Assembly (NCBI GenBank): GCA_023247445.1
Contig: JAHFGL010000007.1
Coordinates: 17,910-81,909, forward strand
Source of the DNA: Candidatus Omnitrophota bacterium
Lineage (GTDB): Bacteria > Omnitrophota > Gorgyraeia > Zapsychrales > Zapsychraceae
Direction of reading: 5' to 3'
Length of the DNA: 64,000 nucleotides
Both the position numbers and the translations under genes were made by a program. The notes below the pieces were generated by a model. The model was not told where the DNA came from. It worked only from the letters and a program-made list of their open reading frames with translations, and ran no database searches. Shown one piece after another: positions 8,241 to 17,619 of the stretch (positions are counted from its first letter, which is position 1; every line of letters begins with the position of its first letter).

Positions 8241-9515
8241 TTATGAGCCAACCAGCAACAAATCACTCAATTCTTTTTCTTGAGATGCGCTGACAGGCCC
8301 AACAACCGCCAAATTGAACCTTTTCTCGTCTAGAACTTCCTTAGCCACACGCCCAATATCTTCCCTTGTAACCTTTTCAAACTCGCTTATCACAGCCTTC
8401 AAAGACTTCATTTCATCTTTTGAAACCATATCTTCCCCAATCCAGAGCATATGATCCATCGTGTCTTCCAGGCCTAGGAGCAACTGGCCCAAAAGATAAT
8501 CTTTACCTCTTCGAAATTCATCCACGCCTACTAAAGAGGTCTTCATCCTCTTTAGTTCCTTAAGGATGACTCGCACCGTTTCCACAATTTTTTTGTTATC
8601 GACCCCAGCGCGAATCATAAAAAGACCTGTGTCATGTAACGCTTTAGAGCTGCTGCCAATTGAATACGCTAGCCCCCTCTTTTCGCGAACCTCTACAAAC
8701 AATCGGCTGGACATGTTGCCACCTAAAATAATACTCAATAAGCTTAGCGCATAGCGCTTCTTATTATGTTCATCAAAGCCTAACATTCCTAAAGCCAAAT
8801 GCATTTGTTCAATATCTTTTTTAAAGAATTTCACACTCGGCCTTGATTGGGCCTCATTAACCTTCAAATAACCGATCTTAGGGGACGCTTTAATCTTCCC
8901 CAATTTCTTTTCTACTAATTTGACAACTTTTTCATGCGATAGCTTCCCACACACGGAAACAACAATATTGCCAGGAGCATAATGTGTTTGATGAAAGTTG
9001 TGTAAGTCTTGCGAGCTCATCTTTGAAACAGTTTCAACCGTTCCCGTCAATGTTTTCCCAAGGGGATGATGAGGCCAAAGTAAACCATCTAAAAGTTCCA
9101 AAACAAAATATTGGGGCAGATCATGATACATTTTGATTTCTTCCAAAATAACCGTGCGCTCTTTATCGACATCTTTAGGAGTAATCTTGGGATAAAAAAC
9201 CATGTCCGCCAAGACATCAAAGGTTTGTTCCAAATGTTTGGCGGGAATTTTGGCATAAAAACAAGTTTGCTCTTCAGAGGTAAACGCATTAAGCGCCCCA
9301 CCAACACCCTCAATCTTCTCTTTAATTTCTTCGCACAAATATTTTTGACTTCCCTTAAAGACAATATGCTCCAGAAAATGCGCCGCGCCTTTAACACGGT
9401 CCTCTTCATATCGGCCGCCAACACCAATCCAAAGACCAATGGAGATGCTATCGCGCTCCTTCATATCATGCGTTACAATGCGTAAGCCGTTAGGCAAAGT
9501 TGTTTTTTTATACAT
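8241..9515 (-). CDS. M16 family (pitrilysin/insulinase) zinc peptidase
   Basis: HFLEH inverted zinc motif, NAFTS, SSRLFVEVREKRGLAY; start reset to MYKKTTLPNG with GAGGAG RBS. Confidence 0.93.
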   Translation of the reverse strand: MYKKTTLPNGLRIVTHDMKERDSISIGLWIGVGGRYEEDRVKGAAHFLEHIVFKGSQKYLCEEIKEKIEGVGGALNAFTSEEQTCFYAKIPAKHLEQTFDVLADMVFYPKITPKDVDKERTVILEEIKMYHDLPQYFVLELLDGLLWPHHPLGKTLTGTVETVSKMSSQDLHNFHQTHYAPGNIVVSVCGKLSHEKVVKLVEKKLGKIKASPKIGYLKVNEAQSRPSVKFFKKDIEQMHLALGMLGFDEHNKKRYALSLLSIILGGNMSSRLFVEVREKRGLAYSIGSSSKALHDTGLFMIRAGVDNKKIVETVRVILKELKRMKTSLVGVDEFRRGKDYLLGQLLLGLEDTMDHMLWIGEDMVSKDEMKSLKAVISEFEKVTREDIGRVAKEVLDEKRFNLAVVGPVSASQEKELSDLLLVGS

Positions 9516-9531
9516 AATGACTGGCTCCTCA

Positions 9532-9556
9532 GTCATCCCCACGCAAGTGGGGATCC
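9532..9556. repeat. REP/dRS3-like palindromic repeat, single unit (copy 1)
   Basis: GTCATCCCCACGCAAGTGGGGATCC; matches the arms of the elements at 23996 and 60276. Confidence 0.75.
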
Positions 9557-9570
9557 AAAAATGACAAAAT

Positions 9571-10350
9571 TTATTTCGACAAATTCTTAACAAATCTTGA
9601 AACGTTCCCAACTAAATTTTTATTCCCTTTATTCTTAAAGATCTCGGACACAATCGCGCTTCCTACAATCACGCCATCCGCCATTTTGCCAATGGCTTTA
9701 ACCTGCGCGGGTGTTGATATTCCAAAGCCCACACAAATAGGTTTCTTCGTATAACGCTTGGCCAATTGAATCTGTTTAACATAAGATGATGGAATATTTT
9801 GACGGGCGCCCGTGACGCCGGCGATTGAAACATAGTAAATGAAACCACTCGAAGCCTGCACGATGTGCTTGATACGACTTTGCGTTGTTGTTGGGGCAAT
9901 AAAGAAAACCGTCGCTAAATCTTTGGCGCGCGCATAACGGATTAAGCTTTTTGCTTCTTCCGGTGGTAAATCAGGAACAATCACCCCATCGACCCCACAC
10001 GCCTTGGCCCTGGCAACAAACCGTTCTTCCCCATAATGAAAAATGGGATTGTAATACATCATAAGACAAATGGGGATTTGGGACCTTGTACGAATCTTTT
10101 GGACAAGATCAAAAACTTTTTCTAACGTTGTGCCTTTTTGTAAGGATCGTTGTGAGGCCGCTTGAATGGTTGGGCCATCGGCGAGTGGATCAGAAAAAGG
10201 AATGCCTAATTCCACGATATCAACGCCTGCGCCCTCAAAGGCCAAGACCAATTCCTCAGTCGTTTGAAGATTCGGATCACCAGCGGTAATGAACGCGATG
10301 AAAGCTTTTTTCTTTTTTAATTCCTGAAATTTTTGATCGATTCTATTCAT
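9571..10350 (-). CDS. trpA: Tryptophan synthase alpha subunit
   Basis: ELGIPFSDPLADGPTIQ, GVTGAR, VGFGIS, DGVIVGSA. Confidence 0.98.
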   Translation of the reverse strand: MNRIDQKFQELKKKKAFIAFITAGDPNLQTTEELVLAFEGAGVDIVELGIPFSDPLADGPTIQAASQRSLQKGTTLEKVFDLVQKIRTRSQIPICLMMYYNPIFHYGEERFVARAKACGVDGVIVPDLPPEEAKSLIRYARAKDLATVFFIAPTTTQSRIKHIVQASSGFIYYVSIAGVTGARQNIPSSYVKQIQLAKRYTKKPICVGFGISTPAQVKAIGKMADGVIVGSAIVSEIFKNKGNKNLVGNVSRFVKNLSK

Positions 10351-11528
10351 TAGATTAAATTTTTAATCGAGGCCACATCCTTATCGCCTCGGCCGGAAAG
10401 ACAAACAATGACGGACTTCTGTCCTTTAACTTTTCTCGCCAGCTTCTCTAAATAAGCAATCGCATGTGACGTTTCTAGGGCAGGGATAATCCCTTCTTGT
10501 TTACATAATAATTTTAAACCGCCAATAGCCTCTTGATCCGTCACGCTGACATATTGGGCCCGACCAACTTTCTTAAAATATGAATGTTCTGGTCCGACAC
10601 CGGGATAATCTAATCCAGCGGCTATTGAGTGTGCAATTTTGATTTGACCATCTTTTGTTTGTAACAAATTGCTTTTACTGCCGTGTAAAACGCCGATCGC
10701 GCCTTCGGTTAAAGTTGCCGAATGTTGTCCTGAGCTGAGGCCATGTCCAGCCGCTTCAACGCCAATCATCTTCACACGCTTGTCATTAAAAAACGAATAA
10801 AATAATCCCATCGCATTGCTGCCGCCGCCGACACAAGCGACCAAATAATCAGGCAGCTTCTTTTCTTTAGTCACAAATTGTTTTCGCGCTTCACGGCCGA
10901 TCACTGATTGAAAATCACGTACCATCATCGGATACGGATGCGGCCCCGCGACCGAGCCGATAATATAAAATGTATTACTAACATTCGTCACCCAATCCCG
11001 AATCGCTTCGTTCATCGCATCTTTTAAAGTTTTCGATCCACTGGTGACCGGATTAACTTTAGCGCCAAGGAGTTTCATCCGAAAAACATTTAAGGCCTGA
11101 CGCTCAATATCTTCAGCGCCCATATAAATTTCACATTCTAATCCCATAAGCGCTGCCGCGGTGGCGGTGGCAACCCCATGTTGACCAGCACCAGTCTCCG
11201 CAATAATTCGAGTCTTCTTCATTTGCTTAGCAACCAAGACTTGACCTAAAGTGTTATTGATCTTATGCGCGCCGGTATGAAGAAGATCCTCGCGCTTTAA
11301 ATATATTTTGAGTGTTTTAAAATAGGTGCTTAAGCGTTTGGCGAGATATAAATTGGTAGGGCGTCCAGCATATTCACGAAGATAAAATTCAAATTCACTT
11401 TTAAATTTTTTATCGGACTTAAGCTTGGCATAAACATTCTCTAAATCCTCTAAGAGCGCCATCAGCGTCTCGGGAACATACTTGCCGCCAAACTCTCCAA
11501 AATGTCCGTGCTTATCGGGAAAAGACAT
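10350..11528 (-). CDS. trpB: Tryptophan synthase beta subunit
   Basis: [11 protein letters not shown] (PLP Lys), [25 protein letters not shown]. Confidence 0.98.
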   Translation of the reverse strand: MSFPDKHGHFGEFGGKYVPETLMALLEDLENVYAKLKSDKKFKSEFEFYLREYAGRPTNLYLAKRLSTYFKTLKIYLKREDLLHTGAHKINNTLGQVLVAKQMKKTRIIAETGAGQHGVATATAAALMGLECEIYMGAEDIERQALNVFRMKLLGAKVNPVTSGSKTLKDAMNEAIRDWVTNVSNTFYIIGSVAGPHPYPMMVRDFQSVIGREARKQFVTKEKKLPDYLVACVGGGSNAMGLFYSFFNDKRVKMIGVEAAGHGLSSGQHSATLTEGAIGVLHGSKSNLLQTKDGQIKIAHSIAAGLDYPGVGPEHSYFKKVGRAQYVSVTDQEAIGGLKLLCKQEGIIPALETSHAIAYLEKLARKVKGQKSVIVCLSGRGDKDVASIKNLI

Positions 11529-11560
11529 AGGGCCTATTCAACCATAAAATATTTGATAAG

Positions 11561-13210
11561 TCAATTTGCATTCTTTGTTTGCATCTCAATTAAGCACTGT
11601 AAAACCTCTAATTCATTCTTATCAAACCAAATCATCTGACAGGAGTAACAACGGTCGACTTCGATACGGTATGCCTCTGTATAAAAAACCCGATTCATCG
11701 GACTTTTGTTAATAGTAAAACATTTTGGACATGGCCATAGAGTTTGCGGATCACGATTAATGGGTTTGACTTTCCAGGTTGTCATTTCCTTCCTTAAAAC
11801 TTCGGCGATTCTCACAACTTCTTCTGAGAAACCAACATCTTGCCGAATTATTATACGTTGCACATCATTTTCCACAACCAGTGTGCCTGCACAAAAAGAA
11901 CATTTATCAGCTTCGGTTCCTTCATAATTAACCTTTGTCATTGGAATCTTACAGCGAGGGCAATCGACCCTAAGTGGCTTTGGGGCTCCCGACTTAAAAA
12001 AACTTTTAACTTCGGGATCTTGATAAGCCATTTGAACATTTCCCCCCACGCGCTGAATCCATGTCTCCGGCTTTAACCAATCAAAGCTAATAATTTTATT
12101 AAAATCATATGGACCCTGCCATGCGCCATCTTTGTTAATCATCCAATCTGTCTTAGCCGCAGGACTACTCATGGGGGCTTCAACTCGAGGCCTTTTACTT
12201 TTCTGATCAACTGATTGTTCTAAAGTTTTTGCATCGGTATGAGCCATATCAAGTAAAATTTTCAATCGACTTCTTATCGGAGGATGCGTTGAAAATAAAT
12301 CTGCAACAAAGCCGTCTTCTTCATCGAGCGCTGAGAATTGTGGATTAACAATAAAGATCGCTTCCAATTCATCCTGAGGCAATCCCTCCCCTCGCCAACG
12401 ATAAGAAATGGCATATAACGCCTCGGCTAGACTTAAGGGATCTCGCGTTAAACGCACCGCAATCGCATCTGCGCGGTATTCTCGTTCGCGTGAAACAAAC
12501 ATAAGCGCCAGTTGACTAAAAAACCGTGTAGCCGCAAGTAAAACATAAATCAAAATAAGTGGAACAACCGCTCGACTGTCTCGATTCGATTGCCTACCGC
12601 CACTAAAAAAACTATCTAATCCATTTAAAATAGCACTATAAATTCCAAACAAAGATGTTGTCACCGTTGTCGTCAAGCAGTCGCCCGAGACAATATGAGC
12701 GGCTTCGTGCCCAACAATGGCCTCGAGTTGAGCCCGCGTTGATCGTGCCAATACGCCTTCAGTCACACCAATAATCGCCCTCCCATCAAAATCGGCTAAC
12801 GCAAAGGCATTCATCGCTGATGTTGGAAGGACAACTCCTGTTATTTTCTTGCCTCCGGTGGCAACACTCACCTCATCTAAAATATTTTGAAACATTTGAT
12901 GATAAGTATCTTTGGGGTTAAGATTCTCCGCTCGAAGAACCCCTAAAATTTTAAGAATCAGGTTATCGACAGTGTAGTACCAATGGGCCAAGCCCACAAA
13001 GAAAGCTAAAATTAAAACCAACATGGTGTGGGAAAATCCAAGAAAGGAGAATGTAAAGTCTTGGGTAGATTTGTATTCGTAACGAAAATAATTAGTAATT
13101 AACAATGCCATGAGCCAAAAAACCAAAAAATAAAATACGATCAAAAAAAAGAAGACAAATCCGATTGTCTTGGATTTGTCTTCTTCAATTTTAGTAAAAG
13201 AATACGGCAT
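11561..13210 (-). CDS. HtpX-like M48 zinc metalloprotease with a C-terminal GYF_2-like segment and two zinc ribbons
   Basis: NAFA, HEAAH, SREREYRAD, FSTHPP; C-terminal CPRC/CSFC and CPKC/CYSC pairs. Confidence 0.88.
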   Translation of the reverse strand: MPYSFTKIEEDKSKTIGFVFFFLIVFYFLVFWLMALLITNYFRYEYKSTQDFTFSFLGFSHTMLVLILAFFVGLAHWYYTVDNLILKILGVLRAENLNPKDTYHQMFQNILDEVSVATGGKKITGVVLPTSAMNAFALADFDGRAIIGVTEGVLARSTRAQLEAIVGHEAAHIVSGDCLTTTVTTSLFGIYSAILNGLDSFFSGGRQSNRDSRAVVPLILIYVLLAATRFFSQLALMFVSREREYRADAIAVRLTRDPLSLAEALYAISYRWRGEGLPQDELEAIFIVNPQFSALDEEDGFVADLFSTHPPIRSRLKILLDMAHTDAKTLEQSVDQKSKRPRVEAPMSSPAAKTDWMINKDGAWQGPYDFNKIISFDWLKPETWIQRVGGNVQMAYQDPEVKSFFKSGAPKPLRVDCPRCKIPMTKVNYEGTEADKCSFCAGTLVVENDVQRIIIRQDVGFSEEVVRIAEVLRKEMTTWKVKPINRDPQTLWPCPKCFTINKSPMNRVFYTEAYRIEVDRCYSCQMIWFDKNELEVLQCLIEMQTKNAN

Positions 13211-13235
13211 GTTTTAATAGAACAACAGCCCAAAT

Positions 13236-13790
13236 TTAAAACTTAACTTCTGGGACCTTCTTCTCTGCAATGTCTTCAATCTCGAAAAATTCCCGCTTTT
13301 GGAATCCAAAAGAATTGGCGATAACAGAATCGGGGAAAGATTGCACCGCAACGTTTAAGCGATTGACTTCATCGTTATAATATTGTCGCGCGAAGGCAAT
13401 TTTATTTTCAGTTGAAGTCAACTCTTCTTGCAGCTTATGCATCTGCCCATCCGCTTTTAAATTTGGATAATTTTCTGAGACAGCAAACAAACTACGCAAG
13501 GTGCTCGTCAACATATTCTCAGCCGCTTGCTTATCTTTAATACTGCTGGCATCAACAGCAACTTGTCGGGCTTTGATGACGTTTTCAAGTGTCGTCTTCT
13601 CGTGCGCCATGTAACCTTTAGCGACCTCAACGAGATTTGGAATCAAATCATGTCGACGTTTAAGTTGCACATCAATCTGCGACCAACCGTTCTTGACATT
13701 CTCACGCAGCTGAACCAGACCATTAAAAACACCAATAGCCCAGAACAAAACTAAAACCAATACTCCTAATAATACCCACAACACCATCAT
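13236..13790 (-). CDS. lemA: LemA family protein
   Basis: N-terminal TM, WSQIDVQLKRRHDLIPNLV, ENYPNLKA, ENKIAFARQYYN. Confidence 0.95.
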   Translation of the reverse strand: MMVLWVLLGVLVLVLFWAIGVFNGLVQLRENVKNGWSQIDVQLKRRHDLIPNLVEVAKGYMAHEKTTLENVIKARQVAVDASSIKDKQAAENMLTSTLRSLFAVSENYPNLKADGQMHKLQEELTSTENKIAFARQYYNDEVNRLNVAVQSFPDSVIANSFGFQKREFFEIEDIAEKKVPEVKF

Positions 13791-13808
13791 ATAAACCTCC
13801 TCTTTGAG

Positions 13809-14603
13809 TTATCTTTCCACTGAAAGCTCTTGGTAAACCAATTTTAATATATCAGCAAACGCTACTCCAAGGGTATCCATTACCGCTTTATTATAACGTT
13901 GCCCGAGATCCGATTCGGCAAAACCAATATACTGCGCTAACTCCTCATCGGTCAAATTTTGGTAAGCATACAAAAATGACAATATTGTCATTTTCTTATA
14001 CTCATCACGATATTGCTCAATATCTTCTCTTGCCTGAGAAGATATTTCTTCGATAGACACCCCAGGGGTTGACCTTATCTTAGTCACAATTGTCAAATCT
14101 TCAACCATTTTCATAGAAGCATCCGTGGCCTTAGTCGCAACGTCAAGCTTCTGAATCATTTCGACACGCTGAGTTTGGCTATAAAGATTTTCAGCCTGTT
14201 GTTGCATTGCCATCATTGCCTCTGGAGTTGCTGTTTGTTTTTCTAGCTGTGTAATACGCAGCGCCAACGGAGACTCATACCACTTTAAAACTTCTTGGGC
14301 ATCTTCCATGCTGATCGAGGCATTAAACTTATTTCGAATTTTGTCCTTTAGCGCATCTGACTTAGAAAATTGGCTCAAGATTTCTGGTAAAGATTCTGCC
14401 TTTTGCAAACCAGAATCCGCCCATTCTTGCATTTGGGCCTGTAATTGTGATGATAACAGATCCACTTGCTCATATATACCAGAACGCTCAATCAACCGAT
14501 CAATCAGATCGTTTTGATCCTGAGCATAGACAGGGCAAACGTTCAAGACCACAAAAAATATAATTCCCAAAAATTTTATATTTATACTTTTTTGCTTGAT
14601 CAT
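13809..14603 (-). CDS. Exported helical protein, DUF2059-like
   Basis: Signal peptide (VYA); repeated LxWYESPLA / YIGFAESDLG motifs; AGGAG RBS. Confidence 0.6.
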   Translation of the reverse strand: MIKQKSINIKFLGIIFFVVLNVCPVYAQDQNDLIDRLIERSGIYEQVDLLSSQLQAQMQEWADSGLQKAESLPEILSQFSKSDALKDKIRNKFNASISMEDAQEVLKWYESPLALRITQLEKQTATPEAMMAMQQQAENLYSQTQRVEMIQKLDVATKATDASMKMVEDLTIVTKIRSTPGVSIEEISSQAREDIEQYRDEYKKMTILSFLYAYQNLTDEELAQYIGFAESDLGQRYNKAVMDTLGVAFADILKLVYQELSVER

Positions 14604-14661
14604 CAGAATCTCCTTTAAATTACCTCGTTATATTACAATCAAAATAAACTTTTGATAACAC

Positions 14662-15423
14662 CTATTGCCCAGGGATATACTCTCGCATCACCATAATTGT
14701 GCGGCCCAAACCAAGAGCGCCATCAATGCGTAGCGGAATCCTGCGTGAGCCGGCATCAAACCAAATATTGTATTGTTTAGGCACGCTTTCCATATAATAC
14801 GCATCAAACTCTTCTTTGACTGCTTTTAATTTGGTCTTACTACGCAACTTGATTTGAATATCTTTTGTCGGCAGATGAATCGCAAAACTTTCCTTATCTT
14901 TAAATTGCCCTTCCTTACGGTATCGATATATAAAACCATAAATATTATCGATTGCCCCAGACTTCGTTATACTTTGATCAATCGTTTTATTGCCAACTTT
15001 TTTAATAATTTTTATCTTTCCATCTTGGTATTCTTCCGTAATTTGCTCCTTCGAGCCGAAGATGTTTAAATTCCGCTCAACCATAACTGGGCGAAATGTT
15101 ATAGGATCCAAATATAATTTCTCTTCATCAAAGAAGTTCATCCCCTTCGCCGTAAAAGTAACACTAAGGACATCCTTCTCTTTAATCTTTGTCGGGCCGT
15201 TAAAAACAAGACTCGCCTCGCCAGCCTTCATCCCAACTTTCTTGATATCGTATTTGATTGTTTCTCCAACTTTAAAAGGAAGTGAAGCTACATCTTGGGC
15301 GGCAGATAAATACGGCGCAGTTGCAGGGAACATCAAAATGGCGGCGATGACTGAAAATTTTAGATATTTAAGGAATTTGTTCAAAGTAGGCTTTCGTAAA
15401 AATATATTTTCGTTTAAAACCAT
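14662..15423 (-). CDS. DUF3108-like exported beta-rich protein (start uncertain, possibly TTG 15384)
   Basis: Signal peptide; PFKVGETIKYDI...GMKAGEA; C-terminal IWFD...RIPLRI. Confidence 0.7.
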   Translation of the reverse strand: MVLNENIFLRKPTLNKFLKYLKFSVIAAILMFPATAPYLSAAQDVASLPFKVGETIKYDIKKVGMKAGEASLVFNGPTKIKEKDVLSVTFTAKGMNFFDEEKLYLDPITFRPVMVERNLNIFGSKEQITEEYQDGKIKIIKKVGNKTIDQSITKSGAIDNIYGFIYRYRKEGQFKDKESFAIHLPTKDIQIKLRSKTKLKAVKEEFDAYYMESVPKQYNIWFDAGSRRIPLRIDGALGLGRTIMVMREYIPGQ

Positions 15424-15811
15424 GTTTCATCCGATAAAGAAAAAAATAAGCCAAGGGCCTAAGTGGATTAACGATTTGATCGCATAGCATATGCGAACTA
15501 ACACCAACCGCGAGTCCAATCCACATCCAATCAAGATGTAAATAATAAATCAATAGCCAAAATATTAAAAGAAGTTCATACGAATGGAAGAATAAATATA
15601 ATTTCCCTTCTTTATCGTAGGCCCCGTATTTGAAAAGATCGCTGTAACTTAAAGGGATTTCTTTTTTGGCTAAAAAATAATCGACAGGATGATCTAAATC
15701 AATAAATACACCACCCAAAAAACATGCTATAGCGGCGTGCCATGATTTAAACCAAACAATAAGCACAACGGATACCGCAGCTGAAATAGTAACGTGATAA
15801 ATGGGTTTCAT
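15368..15811 (-). CDS. Small membrane protein, YdjM-like metal-dependent hydrolase family
   Basis: N-terminal His, DLDH, FHSYE, HMLCD motifs within TM helices. Confidence 0.6.
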   Translation of the reverse strand: MKPIYHVTISAAVSVVLIVWFKSWHAAIACFLGGVFIDLDHPVDYFLAKKEIPLSYSDLFKYGAYDKEGKLYLFFHSYELLLIFWLLIYYLHLDWMWIGLAVGVSSHMLCDQIVNPLRPLAYFFLYRMKHGFKRKYIFTKAYFEQIP

Positions 15812-15816
15812 AATTT

Positions 15817-15939
15817 GTTTAAACTCTAAATCCTAAACTCAAAACTCTAAATAAACCTAAAATTCAAATATCCAAACTTCAAGTTTTAAATTTTTTCATT
15901 TATGTTTTGAATTTATTTAGAGTTTAGTGTTTTGTGTTT
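15817..15939. repeat. AT-rich degenerate heptamer array forming a long imperfect palindrome
   Basis: CTAAATC/CTAAACT-like units on the left arm, complements on the right; AAACTCTAAATAAA pairs with TTTATTTAGAGTTT. Confidence 0.7.
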
Positions 15940-17082
15940 TTATAACTGGTCGTATTCTTTAACATATTGCTCTAGAACCTCTGTTCCCCGGCAAAGAGAT
16001 TTGATAAAAATATATTCATCGGTCGTGTGCGCGGTGCCGTGAGCGCCAAAACCGGTGGCAAAGGCCGGTATCCCATGCTTCTTAAAAAATGTAATGACGG
16101 TTGCCCCTTCACTTCCCCTAATCTCTGCGCGGCAACCCATGCGCTTACAAGTATCTAAATAGGCTTTGACAAAGGGATGGTTTTTATCGATCTCGTAAGG
16201 AAGTTGCAAATCATCAATGACAACCTTATATTTCTTCGTCTCTGATTCAATAATCTTTTTAATCTCTTTTAATACATCTTGTGGTTTCATTCCCGGCAAG
16301 TAACGAGTGTCCAGCGCAAATTCGCAGAAATCAGAAACCATATTTACCTTATCCCCGCCTTTGATGACGCCAATATTTTTTGTTGGCTCGCGCAGAATCC
16401 AATGTTTTTTAAATTTGAATTGATGGCTTTTGAGTTTGTTAATGATACGCGCGGCGATTTCGATGGCATTAACCCCAAGCCAATTATACGCACCGTGCGC
16501 TTTCTTGCCAAAAATCTGGATGCGCGTATGAAGCAGCCCCTTTTGCGCAATGATTGCATCAAATTCATTAGAATCCATGACAACCGCAAATCCGCATTTT
16601 AGAATTTTCTTATCCAAAAGTGGAATGATGCCAGCCTTACTTCCGGTCTCTTCATCAACCGTGGCGGCCATAATGACATCTTTACGTAGGTGCACCTTAT
16701 CTTCAACCAAACTACGCATCACCTCCATACAACTCGTTAAATTTCCCTTATCATCCGTTGAACCTCGCCCATACATCTTCCCTTGATGAATTTGGCCGCC
16801 AAGCGGATTAAATTTCCATCCGCCACCGATAGGAACTGTATCAAAATGCGGCGTCAACAAAATCGCTTCTTTGGCCGCTTGAGCTCTTGGCAATGTTCCT
16901 TTTAATGTTGCGACAATGTTAGGTCGATTTTTGGCAAACGTATACGTTTTAACATCTAAGCCGAGCGACCGCATATCTTTCTCAATAAATTTCGCCAAGG
17001 CGAGTTCATTGCCCGGTGGATTTTCGGAATTATAAGAAATGACTTTTTGTGTAAGCTTAATCAACCGATCTTTATTAATCAT
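15940..17082 (-). CDS. M20 family metallo-amidohydrolase (ArgE/DapE-like)
   Basis: HFDTVP, YGRGSTDDKG, VDEETG, GKKAHG, AHTTDE. Confidence 0.9.
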   Translation of the reverse strand: MINKDRLIKLTQKVISYNSENPPGNELALAKFIEKDMRSLGLDVKTYTFAKNRPNIVATLKGTLPRAQAAKEAILLTPHFDTVPIGGGWKFNPLGGQIHQGKMYGRGSTDDKGNLTSCMEVMRSLVEDKVHLRKDVIMAATVDEETGSKAGIIPLLDKKILKCGFAVVMDSNEFDAIIAQKGLLHTRIQIFGKKAHGAYNWLGVNAIEIAARIINKLKSHQFKFKKHWILREPTKNIGVIKGGDKVNMVSDFCEFALDTRYLPGMKPQDVLKEIKKIIESETKKYKVVIDDLQLPYEIDKNHPFVKAYLDTCKRMGCRAEIRGSEGATVITFFKKHGIPAFATGFGAHGTAHTTDEYIFIKSLCRGTEVLEQYVKEYDQL

Positions 17083-17097
17083 ACATAGCTCCTAATT

Positions 17098-17400
17098 TTA
17101 TTTAAGAAAATCATGCGCCTTCATCGCGCCAATATTACGAGAATAATCTTCATAATCAATGATCATAAGGGCTGGATTTTGTTCTAACAGTTTTAGAATC
17201 TTTGGAACATGGACTCTTACGTTACGAAATGAAATATATTTAAATTCAGTTTGGCAACCCGGACAATTCTTCGATTCTAACTTAATATCAATCTTGTTAC
17301 AGCTGGCACAACTGCCACCAAGATCACCGTAGATAAGAAGATGTGGCTTGATCGCATTGACGTCCTGCTTTTGATAAACACGAATTAAATTATCCGACAT
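17098..17400 (-). CDS. Small zinc-ribbon hypothetical protein
   Basis: CASC and CPGC pairs; GAGGAG RBS before ATG 17400. Confidence 0.75.
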   Translation of the reverse strand: MSDNLIRVYQKQDVNAIKPHLLIYGDLGGSCASCNKIDIKLESKNCPGCQTEFKYISFRNVRVHVPKILKLLEQNPALMIIDYEDYSRNIGAMKAHDFLK

Positions 17401-17500
17401 CCCAATTCTCCTCAATATCCCAATTTACCGTCAAAATAGAATTGGGATAGCACTTGTTACATCTTATTTTTATAGAAGGAAAACAAGTACATAGGAAGAG

Positions 17501-17509
17501 ATTATAGCA
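17501..17509 (-). promoter_or_regulatory. Extended -10 promoter (TGCTATAAT)
   Basis: TGnTATAAT about 100 nt upstream of ATG 17400. Confidence 0.55.
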
Positions 17510-17619
17510 CAGCTGCCGGCAAGTAAAGTTTGAAAATTAAAAAAAGAGGGGCTTTAGGTGAGAAAATATTTTCGACTTAAAAACTGTGGCTTGATTTTTA
17601 TTAACATCTAAATCAATTT

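Noticed and set aside
9516-9611. ORF-track N-terminal extension of the M16 peptidase (FWIPTCVGMT)
   Set aside because: It is translated repeat sequence overlapping trpA; the RBS supports ATG 9515. Similar over-extensions were trimmed for several other genes.
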